A stretch of DNA of 64,000 bases from an uncultured Gammaproteobacteria bacterium. Its GTDB lineage: Bacteria; Pseudomonadota; Gammaproteobacteria; Arenicellales; Arenicellaceae. Shown piece after piece: positions 20,719 to 29,024 of this stretch. Position numbers and translations under genes: made by a program. The DNA is taken from positions 87,559 through 151,558 of the forward strand of contig CAZHEL010000002.1 of the NCBI GenBank assembly GCA_964531625.1, given 5' to 3'. Under the pieces are notes generated by a model, which was not told where the DNA came from, searched no databases, and saw nothing but the letters and a program-made list of their open reading frames with translations. The stretch's first letter is position 1, and each line of letters opens with the position of its first letter.

Positions 20719-20812
20719 GACGCGGTTTGAATTTTAGACAAAACTAACTTTGCTATTAATAATTGTTGCGTGCTAGCTAAATATTGTATCACTCAAATCT
20801 AAACTTGCTTGG

Positions 20813-21514
20813 CTAGGCCTCTGAGCCTGCTTCTCCAACACGGTATCCGCGTGACTGAATAGTTTGTAGCAGTTGAACTTCAAACGGTTTATCAATCTGT
20901 TTTCTTAGATTGTACATATGACTGCGCAGCGTATCGCTGTCGGGCAATATATCCCCCCATATTTCATGTTCTAATTGATTTCGGCTTACCACTTTGGGCG
21001 ATTCTTTCATCAAGATAGTCAGAATTTTTAATCCGATTGGAGACAGATAAATACTCTGATCGGAACGCGTTACTTGTAAAGTACCGGTGTTGAGCTTCAG
21101 GTCTGCTACTTCTAATACTTCTTCCTTGTTAGACTGCCCACTACTACGACGCAATAAGGCTTTAATGCGTGCCTCTAACTCTAAAATCTCAAACGGTTTA
21201 ACTAAATAATCATCAGCGCCGACACCTAAACCCGCCAACTTATCTTCTAGCGTGTCACGTGCGGTTAGCATTAAAATCGGCGTATATATCTTAGACTCTT
21301 CTCTTAGCTTACGACAAACATCTAGACCGTCCATTTCGGGTAGCATTAAATCCAATAATATAATGTCGTACTCATTCTGTGAGGCCAAATTAAAACCAAC
21401 TCTGCCATCACTCGCGTAATCTAACTCATAGTCTCTACGCTCAAAAAAATCATACAGCATTTCGGCAATATCTTTATGATCCTCTATGATCAAAACTCGG
21501 GTATTATTAGTCAT
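20813..21514 (-). CDS. OmpR-family response regulator
   Basis: Receiver domain (DLMLPEMDG, KP) plus a winged-helix C-terminus (RGYRV). Confidence 0.9.
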   Translation of the reverse strand: MTNNTRVLIIEDHKDIAEMLYDFFERRDYELDYASDGRVGFNLASQNEYDIILLDLMLPEMDGLDVCRKLREESKIYTPILMLTARDTLEDKLAGLGVGADDYLVKPFEILELEARIKALLRRSSGQSNKEEVLEVADLKLNTGTLQVTRSDQSIYLSPIGLKILTILMKESPKVVSRNQLEHEIWGDILPDSDTLRSHMYNLRKQIDKPFEVQLLQTIQSRGYRVGEAGSEA

Positions 21515-21658
21515 AATCTGTAATTATTGGTGATAGTTTGTGCCTTTTGGTTTATGCCTATTGGTGATACACGATAAGTCTAGGTAAGACCTCGTGATTT
21601 CGATGTGAATAACTCTTTATGCCTATATATGCCATGTTTTGGAATAAGATGCCTTGAA

Positions 21659-22189
21659 ATGAGATATCTTGCTAAATTTTGGCTAATTTTAATTAAACGC
21701 ACCAGCCTGTGTTTTATCTCTTTAAACCTGTGCGCTTGTGTTGGGATCAACGCTCCCCACCCAGCCCCGCCTGATTCGATTCCGCACCATCCTAACAAAC
21801 CGTCGCACAGTGCTAGAACAAATAATACCTTAGTCTGCAAGAATCCGGCCAGCTACGCAGGTCAACAGGTTGGCGACGGTCATTGCGTATCACTTATAAA
21901 ATTATGCGCCAATGCTCCCAATACAAACTTTTGGCGACCTGGAGAGAAAGTACAAGGCCGACATCAATTAGCTCCTGGCACAGTAATAGCCACCTTCAAA
22001 AATAAGCGATACCCCAATCGTAGCGGCTACCATGCGGCGATTTATATTGGTCAAGACGAGCAAGGGATTTGGGTGTGGGATCAATGGCTGGGTATGCCCG
22101 TGCACCAGCGTTTAATTCGTTATCGTAAAGACCAAGCAAGCGCCAGCAATTCAGCCCAAGACTACCGAGTAGTAAAACTCGTACCCTAG
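21659..22189 (+). CDS. small putative lipoprotein with a Cys/His papain-like signature (resembles the family I recall as BPSL0067)
   Basis: Start MRYLAKFWLIL...NLCAC (lipobox-like). GDGHCVSLIK and GYHAAIYIG motifs. The track ORF begins earlier, at 21605. Confidence 0.55.
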   Translation: MRYLAKFWLILIKRTSLCFISLNLCACVGINAPHPAPPDSIPHHPNKPSHSARTNNTLVCKNPASYAGQQVGDGHCVSLIKLCANAPNTNFWRPGEKVQGRHQLAPGTVIATFKNKRYPNRSGYHAAIYIGQDEQGIWVWDQWLGMPVHQRLIRYRKDQASASNSAQDYRVVKLVP

Positions 22190-22216
22190 CCTGTTTGAAT
22201 TACTAAAGTGTTGGTA

Positions 22217-22343
22217 CCGCTCGCCTGTAGAGAAAAGCACCCGCTCCCGTCAATAGCAAAAAGCACCTGCAGCTGTCGGTATAAAAAACGCCTGTGCACG
22301 CCAGTAGAAAAAGCGCCTGCGGCCGCCAGTAATAAAAAGTCAG
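22217..22343. repeat. array of 5 tandem degenerate ~25-nt units between two convergent stop codons
   Basis: CCGCTCGCCTGTAGAGAAAAGCA / CCCGCTCCCGTCAATAGCAAAAAGCA / CCTGCAGCTGTCGGTATAAAAAACG / CCTGTGCACGCCAGTAGAAAAAGCG / CCTGCGGCCGCCAGTAATAAAAAGT. Confidence 0.8.
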
Positions 22344-23803
22344 CCTAGCAGCCTTGAAGGTTGCTCAATAAAATCAATTTCGCTTTGGAGTTTCTTTTGT
22401 TTAGAGCTCAATCGTTTTTTCTTAACCTTAGAAGTCTGACTAATCCGAACTTTGAGCCCTGGATTGTTATCACCCAACACTAGGTCTAGCTTATGCAGTT
22501 TAAGTACCGCAAACACCAATGCGAGACCTAAACCACTACCGGGGGTTGTACGACTTTGATCGAGTCGATAAAAACGCAACACGACCTTTTCGTGTTCGGA
22601 CTTAGGGATTCCCGGACCATTATCGGCAATCTCTACATTCCATTGCCCATCTGATGATTCAAAAGATCGCACCTTTATTCGTCCACCTCTAGGGGTATAT
22701 TTGACCGCATTGTCGTATAAGTTTGCAAACGCTTGGAATAGCATGTCGCGGTCGGCTTGCAAGAAAATCGGCTCACCGATGTCTAATACCAAAGTTTGTC
22801 CTTTTTCTTCAGCCAACGGCTCGTAGAGCTCCTCTAAATCAACCAAAATAGAATTCACGTCAATTTCTGAAAAGGATTTACGCTTCTCGCTGTATTCGAT
22901 ACGCGCAATACGTAATAGCGCATTAAAAGTTGCCAACAAACCATCGGCTTCATGAATAATTTGATCAACGGCGGCTTCTTCTTCAATCTGCCCAGCCACC
23001 TTGAATTTAAGTTCTTCCACTCGGTTCTTGAGTCTTGCCAACGGTGTTTTTAGGTCATGCGCGATATTATCAGACACTCGGCGTACACCCTCTACACCAT
23101 ATTCGATTTGATCTAACATACCGTTTAAATTAGTCGCAAGCTCATCAAACTCATCACCCGAACCTCGAGTGTCTATGCGTTTGCGCAAATCACCTTGCAT
23201 AATTTTGCGACTGGTTTGGTTGATAGCACCTAAGCGACTACGCAAGGTTTGACGCATCATTAGACCGCCAATCAGGCCTAAAATAGTGGTCAATACTAGA
23301 CCCCATACTAAAGCTCGCCCCACCAAGGCTTTAAGCGTTGCTAAGTCTTTCATGCCTTGACCAACTAACAAGTTAAAACGATTTTCAACCACATAGGTGC
23401 GCGCTCTGGCGCTATAACTGCCGCCGTCAGCATCCCGTAGATCGTCTAATCGAAAGTCTAACCAACCACCACTATCAAATGCCATACGTGGCCAGTCTCG
23501 CATATTGCCAACCAAGGGTTGAAATTGATCGTCAGTTAATAAGTAAAGGCTGGAATCACCTGGTCGCAATTTTTCTACCCGGTCAGACAACATAATAAGT
23601 AGGCCTGGGTAGCCTTTATTTTTATAAACGGCTGACAGCGTTTCTATTTCAGCCTCAATATCTTGGTCGGTTTGTTCGGTCTTGTAGACAATAGTAGACC
23701 AATAGACAACACCCAGAATAATCGACACCGACAAGCCGAATAAAGCGGCATAGATCAGCGTTATTCTGACCGCGGTACTCTTAAACGGACTAATTTTGTT
23801 CAC
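22340..23803 (-). CDS. sensor histidine kinase (periplasmic domain, HAMP, HisKA, HATPase)
   Basis: H-box AHDLKTPLA, N-box LYDNAVKYT, G-boxes DNGPGI and GSGLGL. Confidence 0.88.
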   Translation of the reverse strand: MNKISPFKSTAVRITLIYAALFGLSVSIILGVVYWSTIVYKTEQTDQDIEAEIETLSAVYKNKGYPGLLIMLSDRVEKLRPGDSSLYLLTDDQFQPLVGNMRDWPRMAFDSGGWLDFRLDDLRDADGGSYSARARTYVVENRFNLLVGQGMKDLATLKALVGRALVWGLVLTTILGLIGGLMMRQTLRSRLGAINQTSRKIMQGDLRKRIDTRGSGDEFDELATNLNGMLDQIEYGVEGVRRVSDNIAHDLKTPLARLKNRVEELKFKVAGQIEEEAAVDQIIHEADGLLATFNALLRIARIEYSEKRKSFSEIDVNSILVDLEELYEPLAEEKGQTLVLDIGEPIFLQADRDMLFQAFANLYDNAVKYTPRGGRIKVRSFESSDGQWNVEIADNGPGIPKSEHEKVVLRFYRLDQSRTTPGSGLGLALVFAVLKLHKLDLVLGDNNPGLKVRISQTSKVKKKRLSSKQKKLQSEIDFIEQPSRLLG

Positions 23804-23937
23804 TTTAAATAAAAATGGCTATAAGGCCTTTCTGACAGATTGATATTAAGCAGCAATAATTGCTACAAAAATTAGTATGACTAGCCGTCGGTCAGTTAGC
23901 AAACCAAGTTTTTACTACCAGTTGCAGATCGAGACTA

Positions 23938-24633
23938 TTAATCGGGCTCACTCAACATATAGCCTGCACCTCGGACGGTATGCAATAAGGATACGTCAAA
24001 CTCTTTGTCTATTTTGCCACGCAGCCGACTGATGTGCACGTCAATGACGTTAGTCTGCGGGTCAAAGTGATAATCCCATACTTTTTCAAGTAGCATAGTT
24101 CGAGTGACCACCTGACCACTGTGACGCATCAAGTATTCAAGCAAACGAAACTCCCTTGGTTGCAAATCAATCTTTTGTTGATTGCGACGAACTTCCCGCT
24201 TGAGTAAATCCATTTCCAAGTCCGCTACAGTTAGCACAGTATCCGGCGACTCGGGTTCGGCGCGCCGAACTAGCGCTTCAATGCGAGCTTGTAATTCCGA
24301 AAAAGCGAACGGCTTTACTAAGTAATCATCCGCGCCTGCCTTAAGACCTACCACTCTATCTTCAACATCACCTAAGGCGCTTAGCATTAGAATTGGTGTG
24401 CGGTTACCACTGCCGCGTAAGGTGCGCGTCATTGTTACACCATCAACTTTAGGTAACATGCGATCAGCCACCACAACCTGATAATCGGTGGAATCAGCCA
24501 TCAGCAAACCTTCACGCCCATCTTTAGCGTGATCTGCCATGTGTCCACACTCACTTAAACCTTTTACGATATATGCGGCTGTTTCTTTGTCGTCTTCGAC
24601 AACCAGAACACGAATCATATCTTTCTTTGTCAT
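23938..24633 (-). CDS. OmpR-family response regulator
   Basis: Receiver domain (VVADRMLPKVDG, KP) and winged helix (VRGAGYML). Confidence 0.9.
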   Translation of the reverse strand: MTKKDMIRVLVVEDDKETAAYIVKGLSECGHMADHAKDGREGLLMADSTDYQVVVADRMLPKVDGVTMTRTLRGSGNRTPILMLSALGDVEDRVVGLKAGADDYLVKPFAFSELQARIEALVRRAEPESPDTVLTVADLEMDLLKREVRRNQQKIDLQPREFRLLEYLMRHSGQVVTRTMLLEKVWDYHFDPQTNVIDVHISRLRGKIDKEFDVSLLHTVRGAGYMLSEPD

Positions 24634-24750
24634 TCTTTGGTTCCTATTAAATGCTTAATGGGATTTCTCTCGCGGTGCCCATCGAATAGTTTTCGGACTG
24701 CATATTCAATTTGATCGCGAGAAAAAATAGACCCTGATTAAATGTTTATA

Positions 24751-26286
24751 TTATTTCAACGTAAAAGGAGTAAACCGCGCGTTGTTACCTCGCGATAACA
24801 ATGCTGGCACGGTATTACGGCCACGCTTTTGTGCTTTACGTACAATGCTAATCACTTGTTCAGGTGTCGATGTAGCCTGACCATCTAACTTAGTGATCAC
24901 ATCGCCTGCTCGCAAACCATTTTTAGCTGCTAAACCACCGCGTTCCACACCCAGCACTAACACGCCCGAAACACCGTCATCAATATTGAATCGTTGGCGT
25001 GTGATTTGGTCCATTTCAGTAAGACTAGCACCCAACAACTTATCCATTTTCTCTTCAGGTTCTGTGTCAGAACTCGGTGCGCTGGCTACCCTTGGATCAT
25101 CTGGAAAACGCTCAGTCTTAATCGTGAGCGATTTCTTACCCCCAGCACGCCAAACATCAACCTTATACTTTTCTCCCACCGCTGACTGAGCGACAATACG
25201 TGGCAAATCACGCATCTCTTCAATTTCCTTGCCATCGAATGACAAAATAATATCACCGGCTTGCACACCTGCTTTGTCCGCCGGTGTATCCACTGTGACC
25301 GCACTTACCAAAGCGCCCTCATCATTGTCGCGCCCAAAACTTTCGGCAAGGTCGTCGGTCAATGGTTGAATAGAAACCCCAATCCACGCTCGCTCTACCA
25401 CGCCCGAGGTCTCAAGTTGTTTAATAACGTTCTTAGCTAGATTAGCAGGTATCGAAAATCCAATACCCACGCTACCGCCGTTAGGAGAATATATAGCGGT
25501 ATTTATGCCGATCACCTGACCTTGTAAATTAAATAAAGGTCCGCCTGAGTTACCGCGATTAATGGCAGCGTCTACTTGAATATAATCATCATAGGGTCCA
25601 GATCGAATATCGCGGCCACGCGCCGAAATAATTCCAGTACTGGCTGACCCACCTAAACCAAAAGGGTTACCAATCGCCAATACCCAATCGCCAACTCGAG
25701 ACTTATCATCATCACCCCATTCCACATAAGGTAAATTCTCTGCGCTTTCAATTTTAAGCAAAGCTAGGTCGGTTCTTTCGTCCACACCTTTAACCTCTGC
25801 TACATACTCCTCGCCATTGGTCAGTGTCACCACAATTTCATCGGCCTTGTCTATCACGTGGCGATTGGTTACCACCAATCCATCGGCGCTAATAATAAAT
25901 CCAGAACCGATACCTAAAGGTCGTTTTTCACCATCATCATCTTCTTGCTCTTGCTCGTCCGAATCGGGTGGGAATCGATCTCTAAACTCAGGAAACAAGT
26001 CTTCAAAACCCCGAGGAAACTGAAATTGCCGCCCTCGCGAACCGCGACGCTGCACCAAGCCGCTAGTCGCGACATGGACCACCGATGGACTAACTTGTTC
26101 AATTAAATCAGCGAACCCTGTTTGCGGCGCCCATACAACCTGACTGTTTGAATTAGACGAACCTAAGGGTAAAACTTCAATGCCATCACTTTTGCTATCG
26201 GCACTCACTTGAATTGAAATAACCACTGCAGCCGTGGCGGCAATGACGCCCACCCACTTAATCGACTTGGAAATTGGCTTGATCAT
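24751..26286 (-). CDS. periplasmic serine endoprotease, DegP/DegQ/MucD type (trypsin domain + 2 PDZ)
   Basis: Signal peptide. Catalytic TNRHV, D..LLK and GNSGGPL motifs, followed by two PDZ-like blocks. Confidence 0.9.
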   Translation of the reverse strand: MIKPISKSIKWVGVIAATAAVVISIQVSADSKSDGIEVLPLGSSNSNSQVVWAPQTGFADLIEQVSPSVVHVATSGLVQRRGSRGRQFQFPRGFEDLFPEFRDRFPPDSDEQEQEDDDGEKRPLGIGSGFIISADGLVVTNRHVIDKADEIVVTLTNGEEYVAEVKGVDERTDLALLKIESAENLPYVEWGDDDKSRVGDWVLAIGNPFGLGGSASTGIISARGRDIRSGPYDDYIQVDAAINRGNSGGPLFNLQGQVIGINTAIYSPNGGSVGIGFSIPANLAKNVIKQLETSGVVERAWIGVSIQPLTDDLAESFGRDNDEGALVSAVTVDTPADKAGVQAGDIILSFDGKEIEEMRDLPRIVAQSAVGEKYKVDVWRAGGKKSLTIKTERFPDDPRVASAPSSDTEPEEKMDKLLGASLTEMDQITRQRFNIDDGVSGVLVLGVERGGLAAKNGLRAGDVITKLDGQATSTPEQVISIVRKAQKRGRNTVPALLSRGNNARFTPFTLK

Positions 26287-26512
26287 GAAAAAATATCTCC
26301 TAAATATGTAAATCAGTTGTAAAAATCAACTGCCGTCACTTTAACATTACTTATGATACAAGTGATAGGTAATTAATCTTATACTGAATAGTAAGGCCAA
26401 TTAGATTTGAAACAAGTGAAAGCTGTATTACTTTTAATTAATCAATGACTTATCTCTGTTTTTACTGGTTAACCGTCCAATAAAAAGAGACTATTTACCG
26501 ATTTAGTGGTCC

Positions 26513-26542
26513 AAGCTAAAACGCCAGTCCGATTGGACTGGC
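26513..26542 (-). terminator. probable intrinsic terminator ending the hrcA/pseudogene transcript
   Basis: The minus-strand RNA reads GCCAGUCC-AAUC-GGACUGGC followed by GUUUUAGCUU. Confidence 0.5.
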
Positions 26543-26578
26543 CTATAATAGATTTAGATTGAAGTTCTAGCGTTAACG

Positions 26579-26878
26579 CTAGGTGCCCTCGCTAAAGGTC
26601 AATCCGGCATTTGCTTGCAATCGTGCAATTAGCTTATCTCCCATAGCCGGTGCAGTAGTCCATATTCCACCAGGGGTGTCGCTCGCATCTTTTATTAAAC
26701 AAACGGCACTTTCAGAAATCATTTTCGAAGTCGATCCTTAACCAGGACCTTTGTCACCGCCATCGCCCAGCGTGTCTCGCCACCATTACCGTATTGCGTA
26801 TGTAGGTATTGAGCTACTATACGGCCAGTGAAGCCGGTTGCACCATAAACAATGATGTCGAATTTTTTTTGTGTTCAT
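26579..26878 (-). pseudogene. remnant of a saccharopine-dehydrogenase-family (NAD(P)-binding) oxidoreductase gene
   Basis: The N-terminal FDIIVYGATGFTGRIVAQYL...RWAMA is joined directly to the C-terminal GDKGPG*GSTSKMISESAVCLIKDASDTPGGIWTTAPAMGDKLIARLQANAGLTFSEGT. The ATG is out of frame because of an A8 run, there is an internal TAA, and about 300 codons are missing. Confidence 0.75.
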
Positions 26879-26965
26879 AGCTAATCGTATTCCGGTGTGT
26901 AAAGAAGACTTCTAAATTATTGGCGCGAGGGCTTTAGGGAAAAGTAAAACGTTTTAAAACAAGGC

Positions 26966-27013
26966 CTAGATTCTGGAACTTCTAGACTCTGGAACGGCTA
27001 GATTCGAGAACTA
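26966..27013. repeat. 3 x 16-nt tandem repeat; the last copy holds the hrcA stop codon and final codons
   Basis: ctagattctggaactt / ctagactctggaacgg / ctagattcgagaacta. Periods start at 26966, 26982 and 26998. Confidence 0.8.
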
Positions 27014-28038
27014 GTAGTCAGCGACTGACTTAAAAGTTTAGCGGTAATATCCACCACCGAAATGACTTCGTTATAGGCCATCCGCGTAGGTCCAACTACC
27101 CCCAAGGTGCCGATTATTTTGCCTTCGACTTCATAAGGGCTTGCGATAACACTGCATTCACCCAAGGCCGAATAACCTGATTCTTCACCAATAAACACAC
27201 TCACTCCTTGGGCTTTCATACTACGGTCTAGTAAATCCAGCAAGTCTCGCTTGGTCTTAAACGCATCAAATAGCTTTTGTAGGGTTTCGATCTGACATAG
27301 ATCAGGCACGTCTAACAATTTTTGTTCGCCACTTAACACTACCTCATTGCCAGCTGCTTCTTCCTCACTAATCACCTGATTAGCCGCATGCATGGCCGCT
27401 TGATTGATTTTATGCATTTCATCGTTATCGCTTTGCATAGCTTGCACTAACAAGCGTCGCACATCATCTAATGTACTGCCTTTATATCGATGGTTAAAAA
27501 AGTTTGCGGCTTCGACTAGCTCAGAGTCTTTAAATTCATGCGTGGTTGGTAGCACACGATTTTGTACTCGACCATCTTCGGTTACCAGAATTGCCAAAAT
27601 GCGAGATTCCGATAGACGCAGAAATTCAATTTGATGAAAACGCGTCAAAGACTGATTAGGTAGCACCACCACACCAGCAAATTGAGTCAACTCTGACAAC
27701 ACATCGGAGGCATGGGCTAGCAATGCTTCTGGGTCCGTTTCTTCCTCAAATTTAGTTGAAAGCTGAGTCACTGCTTTTTGCGTCAAGGTAGACGCCCGCA
27801 CCATACTGTCTACGAATAAGCGATAGCCTTGCGCAGTAGGAATACGCCCGGCAGAGGTATGTGGTGCCGTTATAAGGCCTAACTCTTCTAGGTCAGACAT
27901 TACATTTCTGACCGTGGCTGAACTTACACCCAAAGCTGGTAATTTAGAAAGCGTACGCGAGCCTACAGGTTGCCCCTGCTCGATATAGGTTTCCACTAAG
28001 TTCTTTAAAACGTTTTCGGCTCGATCATCCAAGCTCAT
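26998..28038 (-). CDS. hrcA: heat-inducible transcription repressor HrcA
   Basis: 346 aa. N-terminal winged helix (RAENVLKNLVETYIEQGQPVGSRTL, SSATVRNVMSDLEELGLI) and a C-terminal GTLGVVGPTRMAY motif. Confidence 0.9.
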   Translation of the reverse strand: MSLDDRAENVLKNLVETYIEQGQPVGSRTLSKLPALGVSSATVRNVMSDLEELGLITAPHTSAGRIPTAQGYRLFVDSMVRASTLTQKAVTQLSTKFEEETDPEALLAHASDVLSELTQFAGVVVLPNQSLTRFHQIEFLRLSESRILAILVTEDGRVQNRVLPTTHEFKDSELVEAANFFNHRYKGSTLDDVRRLLVQAMQSDNDEMHKINQAAMHAANQVISEEEAAGNEVVLSGEQKLLDVPDLCQIETLQKLFDAFKTKRDLLDLLDRSMKAQGVSVFIGEESGYSALGECSVIASPYEVEGKIIGTLGVVGPTRMAYNEVISVVDITAKLLSQSLTTSSRI

Positions 28039-28147
28039 AAGCGATATTTAACCCACCAATCTGTTAATAGACTGTGCATAAATGTTGTAGACAACTCTTT
28101 GCTACTTGGCCACAATGCACAGCTAATGATAATAAAGCAAATTCGAC

Positions 28148-29017
28148 ATGTTTAAAACTATTGGAGTGTTCGGGAAATATCGTGATGCGAGCGTTGAAGA
28201 ACCACTCAAAACACTTGCCAAGCACCTTGAAAGCAAAGGTATAGAAGTCAAAATTGGCCATACTACGGCCGCCGAGATCACGCGCGACTTACCGCAAGAA
28301 ACCATAGACGACGAGCTAAGCGCAAGCATTGACCTAGCTATTGTAATCGGTGGGGATGGCACTTTGTTGCACGTGGCTCGGAATATGGCCACGACAAATG
28401 TGCCTGTGGTTGGAGTTAATCGAGGGCGGCTAGGATTTTTAACCGACATTGCACAAGCCGACATGTTGGATGAAATAGACAACATATTAAATGGCGATTA
28501 CAGCATTGAGACTCGCATGATGCTAAACGTTAAAGTGCTGCGTGACAAAGAAGTCTTGTACCAACACAATGCACTAAATGATGTAGTAATTGCTAAGCAT
28601 GCCTTGGAGAAGTTAATCAGCTGGGAAGCCCATGTGAATCAGCAGTTTGTTACTAGTGCGCGTTCTGACGGTGTCATACTCGCTACTCCTACTGGTTCCA
28701 CTGCCTATGCACTCTCGGCCGGCGGCGCCATTATGCATCCAGGTATTGGAGTTATTTCGATGGTACCCATATCTCCTCACACCTTGTCTAACCGCCCTAT
28801 TACACTGCCTGGGGACGCCAGCATTGCTTTGACCATAAAAAATCGTACGCAAAACTGTGCCCATGTTTCCTGCGATGGTTTAATTGGTTTTCGACTGCTT
28901 GGTGATGAAACTGTGCAAATCACTCGTTCTGAGTATTCGGTAAAATTAGTCCACACAGAAAAATATAATTATTTTGCAATGCTCAGAGCCAAACTTGGCT
29001 GGGGCGGCGCTCAGTAA
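28148..29017 (+). CDS. nadK: NAD kinase
   Basis: GGDGTLL, NRGRLGFLTD and GSTAYALSAGG motifs. Confidence 0.9.
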   Translation: MFKTIGVFGKYRDASVEEPLKTLAKHLESKGIEVKIGHTTAAEITRDLPQETIDDELSASIDLAIVIGGDGTLLHVARNMATTNVPVVGVNRGRLGFLTDIAQADMLDEIDNILNGDYSIETRMMLNVKVLRDKEVLYQHNALNDVVIAKHALEKLISWEAHVNQQFVTSARSDGVILATPTGSTAYALSAGGAIMHPGIGVISMVPISPHTLSNRPITLPGDASIALTIKNRTQNCAHVSCDGLIGFRLLGDETVQITRSEYSVKLVHTEKYNYFAMLRAKLGWGGAQ

Positions 29018-29024
29018 ACTAAAG

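Noticed and set aside
21580-21840. 86-aa minus-strand ORF opposite the 5' end of the lipoprotein gene
   Set aside because: It overlaps the signal-peptide region of the better-supported plus-strand gene and has no independent evidence.
22217-22343. Possible CRISPR array
   Set aside because: The units are contiguous with no unique spacers, only ~25 nt long and degenerate, and no cas genes are present. This is a plain tandem repeat.
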